The notes under the pieces are model-generated. The model saw only the letters and a list, made by a program, of their open reading frames with translations, was not told where the DNA came from and searched no databases. A stretch of 64,000 nt of DNA, from NCBI GenBank assembly GCA_951406725.2, contig OX597814.1, positions 209,126,001-209,190,000 on the forward strand. The letters run 5' to 3'. Positions 1 to 11,585 of this stretch are shown here, piece after piece (the first letter of the stretch is position 1; every line of letters starts with the position of its first letter). This DNA is from Octopus vulgaris (taxonomy: Eukaryota). The translations under genes and the position numbers were made by a program.

Positions 1-210
1 GTGTTTGTGTGTCTGTGTTTGTCCCCCTAGCATTGCTTGACAACCGATGCTGGTGTGTTTATGTCCCCGTCACTTAGTGGTTCGGCAAAAGAGACCGATA
101 GAATAAGTACTGAGCTTACAAAGAATAAGTTCCGGGGTCGAGTTGCTCGACTAAAGGCCGTGCTCCAGCATGGCCGCAGTCAACTGACTGAAACAAGTAA
201 AAGAGTAAAA
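1..210 (+). mobile_element. SINE family A, 3' half (continues upstream of window)
   Basis: Near-identical to the 3' halves at 3961-4169 and (reverse) 1138-1345 and 20426-20620; ends in an (AGTAAAAG)-like tail. Confidence 0.9.
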
Positions 211-394
211 AGAGAGAGTATATGTGTGTATATATTTTTATATACATCATCTACTGATCTCTGTGCTTCCGGATTAAGTTACTATGATTAAGTTTCTCCC
301 TATATATATGTATTTGTATGCATGTGTGTGTTCGTATACATGTCAGCATATGTATGTATATAAGTATGTATATATCTATATCTATTTTTATATA

Positions 395-442
<48 letters not shown>

Positions 443-1137
443 CATACATACACACACACACAAGCACACATCACGTACATGTTTGAATATTTGTTAGACA
501 TTTGTGCTACGCAGCATCTGATCATTTAAGTGTGTTTAATTCTATCGCACATATATTATATACAAGCTGTTGAGCAAAGCCAGCCTAAACACACACACAC
601 ACACACAGAACTGAACTCTTACCATTTGAAATAGCAAAATACCACACAGATCACATCAACACATCGGATACACTCACATCATCACGCAAGACTAACACCT
701 CGAATGATATATATGTACAACATACGACTGCATTACATCTGCATAACCACACATTAACATACATAATTTAAGTTGGACAGTGTTGTGTTATTAATGTGCT
801 ATGATTGTGTTGATTACACCTAAAATAAAACATCACACATAGTCAGACTGATAAGCTGAGGATTTGCTATTCAAATTAACTTTTCACAAACAATATATCT
901 GACTTGGTCATCACTAGAAAAGTCTATTAAGTTATTGATGTGAATTTGAGTGGTGATATTATGATTGACAAACATCTAACTAAATTCTCAATTTCCATTT
1001 CAACTTAATTTAAAATAAAAATTCTAAAATTGTATTTTCTAAAAAAAAAAAATTCGTTTTTCTTTTTTCAGTTCATATACTTTTTAACTCGTGTGTGTGT
1101 ATCCATTACGCATGTGTGTATATACTTATATATATAT

Positions 1138-1352
1138 ACTCTTTACTCTTTTACTTGTTTCAGTCATTTGATTGCGGCCATGCTGGAGCACCGCCTTTAA
1201 TCGAGCAACTCGACCCCGGGACTTATTCTTTTTGTAAGCCCAGTACTTATTCTATCGGTCTCTTTTACCGAACCGCTAAGTAACGGGGACATAAACACAC
1301 CAGCATTGGTTGTCAAGCAATGCTAGGGGGACAAACACAGACACACAAACAA

Positions 1353-1411
<59 letters not shown>

Positions 1412-1574
1412 TACGACAGGCTTCTTTCAGTTTCTGTCTACCAAATCCACTCACAAGGCATTGGTCGGCCTGGGGCTATAGCAGAAGACACTTGCCCAAG
1501 ATGCCACGCAGTGGGACTGAACATGCAACCATGTGCTTGGTTAGCAAGCTACTTACCACACAGCCAGTTGTGCA
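1138..1574 (-). mobile_element. SINE family A, tRNA-derived, full length with internal (TA)n/(CA)n
   Basis: Reverse complement of 3779-4169; tRNA-like head followed by a CTTGGGCAAGT CORE-like segment. Confidence 0.9.
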
Positions 1575-1577
1575 TGT

Positions 1578-1615
<38 letters not shown>

Positions 1616-1789
1616 TGGGGGGAGCATAAAATGTCAGGGGTTGATATCCATAAGCTTACGGCTGTTTCGCAGCCTCCATCATGTAATATGTTTAATGTAT
1701 GATAGATTATTTTACATGTCTGCATGAATATGCATGCTATACATTGCACGCATATTGTACAATAACAAATCAAATAGAAGGCTAGATCT

Positions 1790-2350
1790 TCAGATCGCCA
1801 GAACATCATGGTTACACCAATGCTTCAACTCTACATATAAGAATAAGATGGAGAAAATTCAGAGAGCTTTTGCATTTGTTAGTAATAAAAGGTTTCTCTC
1901 TCCGCATCAAAGGAAGGTTGGATGATGCTTGTGTACGTACAGCAATGATACATGGGAGTGAGGCATGGGCCCTAAATGCAGAGGGCATGCAAAGATTAGG
2001 GGCAAGGTAATTAAGCCAGTATGCTCCGTTGGCTGTGCATTGCGTTTACTTGTACGACAAGGTGCTAATCTGTCGAGAGAAGTGTAAGTCAGAAGAGGAA
2101 TTAGAAGCAGTGTGCAAGAGAGAAAATTCCGCTGGTTTGGTCGTGTGATGCATATGGATTAGGAAAGTTGCATTAAGAAGTGCCGATCATTTAAAATAGG
2201 TAGATCTTATGGAAGAGAAAGACCCAGGAAAAACGTAGGATGAAGTACTAAAGATGCTCTCAAGATGCTGGAACTTACGACGAAGTTGACAAAAGGCTGA
2301 GATGAGTGGTGTTTTATTGTGTCCACGATGACCCGTCGGCCACAGTAGAA
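1790..2350 (+). mobile_element. Degenerate RTE-type LINE, ORF2 3' fragment
   Basis: Frameshifted translation gives KGFSLRIKGRL..ACVRTAMIHGSEAW and VQERKFRWFGRVMHM..GRERPRKT, typical of RTE C-termini. Confidence 0.7.
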
Positions 2351-3704
2351 TTGATATCCTAAAACCAACTTGGTAATTCTTTTACGCGGAGGGCCCTGCT
2401 CCACCTCCGCTCTCTGTACGCCGTCATGCATTTCCCCTACATCTCATTCCCAGACAATCATTACTTCTGTACCTGTGGTGTACTCAGCTGTCTTAATATT
2501 CCAAGAACAGAATAGGTTCATGCTACATCCCCCGCCCTTTTGGTTAGCTTCCTTACCATCCCTACAACTACTCCCATTTCTCATTATCTTCCCTACCCAC
2601 GATTTCCACCAATTGCTTCCTTTCTGTGTCTTCAACCATTGCTCTGCCTCCCACCTGCTATTCTCCATCCTTAAGACCTCTCCTGACTGCTATCGATCTC
2701 GGTGCCCTCATATATCTACCATAGCCTCACTCGAGCCACTTCTATATCTCTCACCATGACTTGCTGCAGTAGCCGCCTGCATACACACACTCACACACAT
2801 ACACACCTGCTACTGTCCCGTCTCTAACCATCTCACCTCACACTCTTATGAAAGTTCCCACTCTATCCTCCCATCCATTCACCCTTTCCAATCTTCTGTA
2901 CCAGTTCACTTATATTCACTCCCCACTTTACCTTGAGTGTATGCCTCGACTTACCACCACCACCACCTCCTCCTCCCCTCCCCTCCTCCTCCTCCTCTCC
3001 CCCTCCTCCTCCTCACTAACTGACTCACTTTCTCTGTCTTTCTAACTCTCTCTCCATTCTTTTCCAACTGGGGTAGCCATGTATCTCCCACATTACAAGA
3101 TGCCTATCCCTATCCCTCTATTATACATTAAACTCTCATCAACTGTCCCAAAGCAACCTCCTTCAATACTACTTCCATTTCTAATCGAGGGGACCTTGCC
3201 TTGCAAGTTACTTGGTGACCCCACCGGTGTTGGTGTTACGTAAAAAGCACCCAACGCACTCTGTAAAGTGGTTGGCATTAGGAAGCGTGGTACTTTTTGG
3301 TTATCTCACACCCATTAAAAAATTGCCACTAAAAAATTGGGTTATCTCCACACTAAAAAGTTGATTTTATGTGGCGAAAAGAGATTGGATTAAAAGGGTT
3401 AAATCCTTTTGATTCAATACTTCAACACATTGTTGACTTTTGGCCTCATAAACACGCATGGTTTGATTTGTTATAAAAATGTTATTAGATTCAATAAGAT
3501 GTTTAATTTTTTCAGTTAACATGTTTATTAATTTTTTCAATTTTGTATGATTTGTTGTAAAAATATTATCAGATTCAATAAGATGTTTAATCTCTTCACT
3601 TTCCATGTTTATTACTTTTTTTTTTGTTTTATTGAGGGCTAAACAATGTTTTTAGTTGGGGGAAATAAAACAATTTTTTAATGTAAGAGCATAGAGCATA
3701 TATG

Positions 3705-3778
<74 letters not shown>

Positions 3779-3780
<2 letters not shown>

Positions 3781-4169
3781 CGCCGGAGTGGCTGTGTGGT
3801 AAGTAGCTTGTTTACTAACCACATGGTTCCGGGTTCAGTCCCACTAGAGCACCTAGAGCAAGTGTCTTCTACTATAGCCTCGGGCCGACCAAAGCCTTGT
3901 GAGTGGATTTGGTAGACGGAAACTGAAAGAAGCCCGTCGTATATATGTATATATATATGCGTGTTTGTGTGTCTGTGTTTGTCCCCTAGCATAGCTTGAC
4001 AACCGATGCTGGTGTGTTTATGTCCCCGTTACTTAGCGGTTCGGCAAAAGGGACCAATAGAATAAGTACTGGGCTTACAAAAGAATAAGTCGCGGGGTCG
4101 AGTTGCTCGATTAAAGGCGGTGCTCCAGCATGGCCGCAGTCAAATGACTGAAACCAGTAAAAGAGTAAA
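3779..4169 (+). mobile_element. SINE family A, full length
   Basis: A-box-like TGGCTGTGTGG, B-box-like GGTTCAGTCCC; multiple copies in window. Confidence 0.92.
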
Positions 4170-4187
4170 TATAGGTAGGTATGTATA

Positions 4188-5448
4188 TTGAGTTGGCAAC
4201 TAAGTTCCCGCTGTTTTTTTAATTGAATTTTTTTAAAAGGTTTAATAAACAAATAACAACTAATTAATCAATAATGTATTCACCCTTGTTGTTTACAACT
4301 TCTTCCCAACGTTGAGCAAGATTTTCAATACCTCGTTGGTAGAAATCACCCGATTTCGACTCGAAAAATTGATCCAACCGAGCTCACAATCCTGCATCAG
4401 CATTGAACGAAATTCCGCGCATAGCATTTGAAAGAGATCGAAAGCAAAAGAGGTGGAAATCCGTTGGTGCCAAATCAGGAGAGTACTACGAGTGTGGCAG
4501 CACTTCCCAGCCATGCGTTTGAATGGTCATATTGGTGATATGAGGGCGGGCGTTTGTCGTGCAGCAGAAGAACTTCATGCTGTCGATTAGGTCTTTTCTC
4601 TTGAATAGCCATGTTGAGTCGTTCCATCTGTTGAACATAGAGTCCCGTGTTGACCGTTTGGTTTTGTTCAAGCAATTCGTAATGGATAATCCCTTCCCAG
4701 TCCCACTATACGCACAACATCGTTTTACGCGGGTGAAGATCTTGTTTCACACGCGGTGTCGCTTGTTTACCGGGACTAAGCCATTCCTTACGCTGCTTCA
4801 TATTGATGTACAGGTATCATTTCTTGTCGCCAGTAACGATTCGGTAAAGAAATTCTTGCTTGTGTCCATGAGTTAAGCGGTGACGAGCAAGCAAACCAGC
4901 GGAATTGTGACTCGTTGATTTTTCTTGTGGTCACTTGAGGCATGCAGAACCCATGCTCCCTACTTCTGAACCTTTCCCATCGAGTGAAGATGCTTCTCTA
5001 TAGCAGTGTGGGAGCATTCCATTTTCTCTGCCAGTTCCCTTGTCGTTTGATGAGAATTTTCGTGCAAAAGTTAGTTTAATCGCTTTTCATCGAACTCAAC
5101 TGGATGCCCAGAACGAGGTGCATCTTGAGGTCAAAATTTCCATTTTTGAGCTTGGCATACCAATCACGAGCGGTTCTTTCAGCTATGGCACCCTCTCCAT
5201 ACACAGCACAAATGTCGCGAGCCACTTCTGCCGCCTTAGAACCTTGATTAAAAGCAAAAAGAAGGAGGTGTCGAAAGTGCTCGTTTTTCTTAACTTGATC
5301 ATTTTAATGATCTGAAAACAAATAAAAATTAACTAAAATTAACTAAAAAAAAAAAGAAAAAGAAAAGCAAAATAGATTCCAAAATGATCAAAAATAGAAT
5401 TCTCGAAAAAAAAAAAAAATTCCAAAATTTAAAAACGCAATAAATTCC

Positions 5449-5486
<38 letters not shown>

Positions 5487-5510
5487 GCGGTAACTTAGTT
5501 GCCAGCCCAA
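4188..5510 (-). mobile_element. mariner (DD34D) DNA transposon, full length, transposase pseudogenised
   Basis: TIRs TTGAGTTGGCAACTAAGTTCCCGC / GCGGTAACTTAGTTGCCAGCCCAA with TA flanks; motifs RIVTGDK, LLLHD(NARPH), GWEVLPHS.YSPDLAPTDFHLF across frameshifts. Confidence 0.95.
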
Positions 5511-5724
5511 TATATAAAATATTATTCTTTTGATACATAATGTGATTATTTTTAGCTTTTATGAAAACGAAAAGCATATTTCCAAAATATATAAATAAAT
5601 AAATAAATAAATAAATAAAAATATAGAAAAATACAAAACAAATCAAAACTAACACAAACCTTATCTATATGATGGCTTGAAATATCCATTTAATCTTCTG
5701 AATTCTATGAATTAAATGTGTTGT

Positions 5725-6090
5725 GTCTCCTTTTCCGTTTCTTCTTCCTCTCCCTCGCTCCCACCCTCTTCCTGCTTCTTCTCCACCCTTCTCTTTTCTC
5801 TTCCCACTCTTTCCTCCTCTTCCTTCTTACCTCTTCATCCCTCTCTTCCATTCTTCACCACTTCCTCTCCTCCATCATCATTTTCTCTTGCTCTCCTTCA
5901 CTTCTCCTTCTCTTCTTATTCTTCTCCCTTCCTCCCCTCCTCCTCTTCCTATTCTTTTTCTTCTCCTCTCGTCCCCTTCATCGTCGTCCTCCTCCTCTTC
6001 CCAATCCCCTCCTACCGTCATCCCCTCCTCTTCCGGTCCTCCCCTCCTCCTCCGGTCCTCCTGTCCCCTCCTGCCCTCCCCTCCTCCTCC
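5725..6090. repeat. CT-rich low-complexity polypyrimidine tract
   Basis: Almost exclusively C/T on the + strand; source of the Ser/Pro/Leu-rich spurious ORFs. Confidence 0.9.
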
Positions 6091-6205
6091 CGTAGGCTTG
6101 AAACGTTAAAGACTTTTTCACTTCCCGAGCGTTAAACTAATACATCTGTTTGTTGTCTACACCACCTATCTTCGTCTTTTGTTTTTGTAGTGAATTCTCC
6201 CCAAT
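6091..6205 (+). mobile_element. Penelope pLTR-like tail with truncated HHR 3' half
   Basis: CGTAGGCTTGAAACGTTAAAG...TAAACTAATACATCTGTTTG matches the reverse complement of 35581-35695. Confidence 0.7.
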
Positions 6206-6333
6206 ATATATATATAGGTTTCAAAATTTGAACAGAAACGAAACAAAGGAACAAATGGAGAATTCACACAGAATAGGACGTAGCTAATTCCTCATCACTT
6301 GTAGTCCAAAAGAACCTCACTAATTCATGCCTA

Positions 6334-7267
6334 TAGAGAGTATTCGGGATAAATTTGACGATTTTGTCTCCTTCTTTCAAAAACAGCTTGATGTATTGGT
6401 GAGTTAGAGAGCATAAAAATTGAAGTTGTAGCTTTGAAAGACTTAGATGACATGGAGGTCTGGAAGCCGTCTGAATATTGGAAAAGCATTTCAGTATCAT
6501 GATGGTTCGCGCCGTGTATCAAAATACCTATTTCTTTACTACCCACAAGGGGCTAAACACAGAGGGGACAAACAAGGACTGACAAACGGATAAAGTCGAT
6601 TATATCGATCCCAGTGCGTAACTGGTACTTAATTTATCGACCCCGAAAGGATGAAAGGCAAAGTCGACCTCGGCGGAATTTGAACTCAGAACGTAACGAC
6701 AGACGAAATACGGCTACGCATTTCGCCCGGCGTGCTAACATTTCTGCCAGCTCGCGGCCTTGGAAAAGCATTATAGTATCATGATGGTTCGCGCCGGGTA
6801 TCAAAATACCGACATTACGACTACTGCTCAACGCTCTGTGAATACTCTAAAGGCTGCAAAACGTGGCTTGGACTGCTGCAACGGAGACTACGAAACCGTG
6901 GCAAGTAGAAAGGGACACATTAGGTGCTCTGATTGCGTCTGCTCGCCACAGTTCGCCCGTTCTTCTTCAAACAGGGCCTTAGACTCAACTAAGACGGCAA
7001 TGTGAAGCTGCTAGAGACTGTAGTCAATCCCTGGCTGAAGTAGGTGCTCGAAGGTTTTCCCTAAGGCACAATGAGTATGCATGTAGCCAAGTTCCGGAGC
7101 CGTCAGAGGTTGTGGTGGAAGTTGAGTGCGACTACGTTGAGTAAACTTATCCCCCAGCCATCATAATCTAATTGATGTTTATTGATTTTTTAAAATACTT
7201 TTATTTTTGAATGGAATATTGCTTTTTTTTCCTTTTATGAAAACTCATATTTAGCCCAAACACCCTG
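6334..7267 (+). mobile_element. maT/DD37D-like Tc1/mariner remnant, internally deleted and SINE-interrupted
   Basis: Imperfect TIRs (GAGAGTATTCGGGATAAATTTGA / TCATATTTAGCCCAAACACCCTG); HTH-like MMVRAGYQNTDI..RKGHIRCSDCV and DDE-region KLLETVVNPWL fragments. Confidence 0.65.
6529..6759 (-). mobile_element. SINE family B
   Basis: Reverse complement of 53989-54219; flanked by a 51-bp direct duplication. Confidence 0.92.
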
Positions 7268-7322
7268 TGTTTGTGTGTGTGTGTATATATATCTATGTAT
7301 ATATATATATATATATATACAT

Positions 7323-7383
<61 letters not shown>

Positions 7384-7814
7384 TATATAACGCAAGACAC
7401 ATACATGCACACACATTCATACACACACGTACATACACACACATACACATGAACACACATATACCTCCGCACACAACCTCACACAGATCACCCACACAAG
7501 CAAACACATGGAAAAAGTTAATACCACACACACATACACACACTCTACCATACACACACCCTATCACACACACATGCCACTACACCCACACGCGCACACA
7601 CCCACAAATACACTCAGATACCAACCATTCTTCACACTCTCCTGTCCCAGAAAGCACTTTCTCTTTGTCTATCTACTTCCGGTCAGTCCAAAATGTAACT
7701 ACACGTTCTATATTTGAGAGATGAGGAATTATGTACATTATTTATATTTTACACGTGGATTGTTGGCGATTTTTCCCCCTCCTTCCATTTCCTTTGGACT
7801 TTTCTATGTCTCCT

Positions 7815-7849
7815 GTTTCCGAAGAAGAGCTTTGCTCGAAACGTAAAAT
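7815..7849 (+). ncRNA. Minimal type I hammerhead ribozyme motif (U4C variant)
   Basis: GTTT-CCGAAGA-A-GAGC ttt GCTC-GAAAC-GTA-AAAT. Confidence 0.6.
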
Positions 7850-7954
7850 AACCACTCTTTCTTTCCTTCTCTGAGCGTCTCATTAATACTTTGCATTACT
7901 ACGTTCTTGCGTTGTTTTTTCTTGTCTTTCTTCTCCGTTGTTTTTTTTAATTAG

Positions 7955-8029
<75 letters not shown>

Positions 8030-8137
8030 CACACACACGCACATATATATGTACGCACACGTATATATGTGACCGCGTGTGTACCGTTGGCGATTTTTCC
8101 CTCTGTCTTCCCTTCTCTGGATCTTTCCTTCTCCTAT

Positions 8138-8172
8138 GTTTCCGACGAAGAGCTCCGCTCGAAACGTTAAAC
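8138..8172 (+). ncRNA. Minimal type I hammerhead ribozyme motif (U4C variant)
   Basis: GTTT-CCGACGA-A-GAGC tcc GCTC-GAAAC-GTT-AAAC; identical motif at 34536-34570. Confidence 0.65.
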
Positions 8173-8259
8173 TCTCCTTCTTTCCTTAGCGTCCAATAAT
8201 ACTATATTTGTTCCACGTCCTCGCGTTGTTGTGTTTTTTTTGTGCTTTCTTGTTTGGAT

Positions 8260-8329
<70 letters not shown>

Positions 8330-8374
8330 TATGTATGTATGTATTTATGTGTATGTGTATGCGTGAGTGTGTGT

Positions 8375-8575
8375 GTGTTTCTTCCCACCGCTTGTCAACC
8401 AGTTTTTGTTTCTGTACATCCCCGTAACCTGGCAGTTCGGCAAAGGAGACCGACAAAATAAGTACTAGGCTTTAAAAAAAAGTACTGGGATAAATTCGTT
8501 TGGCTAAAAATAAAAAACGTTGAAGGTAGTGCCCCAGCATGGTCGCAATGAAATGACTGAAACGAAAGGTGAAAG
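8375..8575 (+). mobile_element. Diverged SINE family A 3' part
   Basis: GGCAGTTCGGCAAAGGAGACCGAC..AAGTACTAGGCTT..GCCCCAGCATGGTCGCA resembles family A. Confidence 0.75.
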
Positions 8576-9589
8576 GTATATGGTTGTGCAGTCATAATAA
8601 TAAGAAAAACAAAACCTACTGTAATACTAATTGAGGAACTTCAAAGAGTATTCTACTGCAAGAAGATCCAAATACTTTGGAGAGATATTTAATGAAAGCT
8701 TATCTACCAGGGGGATGGTTTTTCTTTTATTTCTGGTTTACCAAATAATTTTGTTTACGAAAACTTCGTAGTTAATTTTCTCTGTATTTTTATTATATCA
8801 CAGTATCACTATTGTGAGAGTAGGAGTCGTCTTAGCTCTGGATAGAACGCTAATGTATCGCAGGCGTATTAGATTTAAAACATAGTGAATTACAACTCCC
8901 GTATGGTACTTATTTTACAGTTACTTAACCTGAGCCATTTAGAATTAAGTGACTTTGATGGAGATATAACACACTGATGGCGATTGATCAGATTCCATAA
9001 TAGGTTTTGGCCACAAGAGCCAGTATCCTAACAACTCATCTGGCTATGTCTCAGTAGGGTTAATAAGATAAATTTCTCACTGACAAACTGATGTGGGGAA
9101 AGAGAGAGAGAGAGAGAAAAGTAGAAGGCGGCCGACTGAAAAGACATAATTCGCGTTACATGATTACCTCCATACTTGTAATTCATTAAGTTTGGTGATC
9201 AAATTAATTTACAGTGTCATTAAGAATACGACCTCGAAATTTGACAGACTTAAAGAAAGTAGTACTTATTGAGTGATATTCAAACAAGCGTGTAATTATT
9301 CCGGATTAACAGAATCAAATCAAATCGAGCATATATCAGCATAACACAAACGAGTGGATAATTTCAACTTCCATCGACTAAACAGTACAAATGAAATCGT
9401 ATATGACAACTGTAGCTATAGAACGATTAAATTTTGAATTAGCTTATATAATGTAACAGTAGGTAAAAATCACGATTAAAATGTGTGTTGGTGAAATACA
9501 GCAGAAATGAAACGAGAGAATGAGAGTGAAAGGCAAAGCATCAGGAAAGTATAAAATTATAAGCACAAAATGTGTGTAGTGACGCTATC

Positions 9590-10520
9590 CAACAGCGCGC
9601 ACGCGCACAACGTCCTCTTCAGTTTCGCGTGTGCGGGGTTGGAGCCTTCAGGAAAGGCAGAGGGGAAGAGCCCTCTCGCGCATGCGCGAAGACCGGAAGA
9701 AGGGATTGCTGATGTGTCATTAGCTGATAGGCAGGGGAGAGGTACCTACAAGGCGTACAGGGATACGCATAGCAGTAAGCGGTCAGAGAAGGCTTTCCGC
9801 CAGACATTGTTGCAGACGTATTTTCTTCGCTCCTTAAGGACGCCATATTTGACCAGCTCAGTTTGCTGTTGAACTTGTAAGATTCTTACAAGCGTTAAAG
9901 TTTCAGCCTTGCCACATCCATACCAAGTGGAACCAAATATACCACCTTATTTCTTACTGTTATAAGAACAATAAAGAGTATATATTTTTACTGTTGCTTT
10001 TGTGTTCTTTGACTGGTAGAATCTGGAAATTTAAGCAACGGAAATTGTGAATGCACCAGTTGCACCCTAAAAGTGCAAGAAGCAACCAAATCCCGTTACA
10101 TGTGATTATAGAGTAGAGAAATGATGTAAAGAATACTAAATAGAAACAGACGAACTGACTGTCAAGGCTTAAATAAACAAACAACCGAAGGAAGAAGGGA
10201 ACAGCAGCTGCGTCTTGGAAAGAAATGAAGAATGGGGAATGAATGAAATACAGTTATTGTCAAGAGAAACATACATTAGTCAGCTTTTAACAATTTCGGA
10301 CTCAGAGGATTTGAATAGTTTAGACTGAAATAGATAACAGCTAGCCTCCGGCCTTTTGGACCCTGTTGTGTCCACTACTCTGATTGGTTGATATTGGCGC
10401 AATTTGTCTCTTGCTCTATAACGCGTCTATATGCAACCCATAAGGTCATGTGAGACAGTCTCTTCTAAAACTCCGGTGAGCTGACTGCTGACTATAAAAC
10501 TCTTCGCGCCGTCGCAGTCT
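9590..10520. promoter_or_regulatory. CpG-enriched, non-repetitive promoter-like island
   Basis: NRF1-type palindrome TCGCGCATGCGCGA 9676-9689, ETS-type ACCGGAAG 9692-9699, YY1-type CGCCATATT 9841-9849, two ATTGG (CCAAT) boxes at 10383 and 10393, TATAAAA 10493-10499. Confidence 0.5.
9746..9846 (-). CDS. Possible first coding exon of an unidentified host gene (MASLRSEENTSATMSGGKPSLTAYCYAYPCTPC)
   Basis: AAATATGGCG start context inside the CpG island, candidate AG|GTACCT donor; no homologue recognised and no downstream exon found. Confidence 0.25.
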
Positions 10521-10535
10521 TTCGGTTCCAGACAA

Positions 10536-11585
10536 CACATTGCCGCTGTTTTTATAATTTCTTATATAATTTTAGTATTGGTAATTTGCTGAGTGTGTGA
10601 GTGTTTTGTACTTGCTGTGCAGCGGTTTTGAAGGTGGTGCTTTTTCTCCGCGTTAAGGAGAAGTAGCTAGGCTAAATGAGTATTCAAGCTGAGGCGGAAA
10701 CGCCGGAGAGCTTGGCAGAGACGATAGCGATAGGAGATAAGTCTGGGAGTGTGGGTGGAGGGCAGAATTCCTCGCTGCTTTAAATGTGGCCTGAAGGGCC
10801 ACATAAGAGCGAATTGCCCTCCATCGATCAAGGAAGCGGAAGAGCAGCGACCCCAGGAGTGTCCACGAGAGAAACAACAGGAAGAACCAAGGAATGACGA
10901 GACAACACCGGTAGAGGCGGAAAAAACAACAGAAGAAAAAGAGTGGGAAAACCAGCGGGAAAAGAAAGAGGAAGAAGTTAAGTCACTCACATGCGGAACC
11001 CCAACCCACCCAATGCTCTTCCACACCATCTTCGTCCTACCCTCTCCCTGCAGACACTAAACCTATCCACTCCTCTCCAATACGAATACAAAAAAGAAGC
11101 GACAGTACACACAATGATTTACAAATTCCCCCTCCCATTGATTGCTATGCATGTATTCTTTTTGAGGGCGCAGAAGCTGAACTACTAGATATAGTAGTAG
11201 GATGGCTTAATTTAGTCTATGTGAACGTAAATGACAAGGAGAGCGGTGAATATACATCTTCTCTGCTAACAGAAAAACATTTGAACGAAATCAAAAGATT
11301 TAAGGACGGTTATGAGGTATGGAAGGTGAATTATAACCCGGATAAGTTACCTAGAACAATAAACCATGAAGGACTTAAAAAAACGATACCGACGAGATAT
11401 AATGGAAAACAGGAAAAAAAAAGGCAAGTAAGTGATGTTACTTGATGGGGCAAGTAACATCATTTCCATTTCGCATCTTAATTTTTCCATCATATCATAC
11501 GTTTTAATTTTTTTCTTTGTTCTATGTCCCCAATGTTTTGTATGACCCCCCCCCCTTTGTAAGCCCGTATGGGTAATAAAGAAAT
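10536..11585 (+). mobile_element. ORF1-only (gag-like, CCHC zinc knuckle) non-LTR element, L1/Tx1-like, degenerate
   Basis: WVEGRIPRCFKCGLKGHIRANCP knuckle; 3' tail GCCCGTATGGGTAATAAAGAAAT; flanked by the 20-bp direct repeat AGTCTTTCGGTTCCAGACAA. Confidence 0.7.

Noticed and set aside
623-830. Minus-strand exon candidate (TTTTATTTTAG acceptor, ATG|GTAAGA donor)
   Set aside because: It has stops in all three frames and could only be a UTR exon, which cannot be supported without transcripts.
5716-6135. Three overlapping Ser/Pro/Leu-rich ORFs
   Set aside because: A polypyrimidine tract lacks stop codons by composition.
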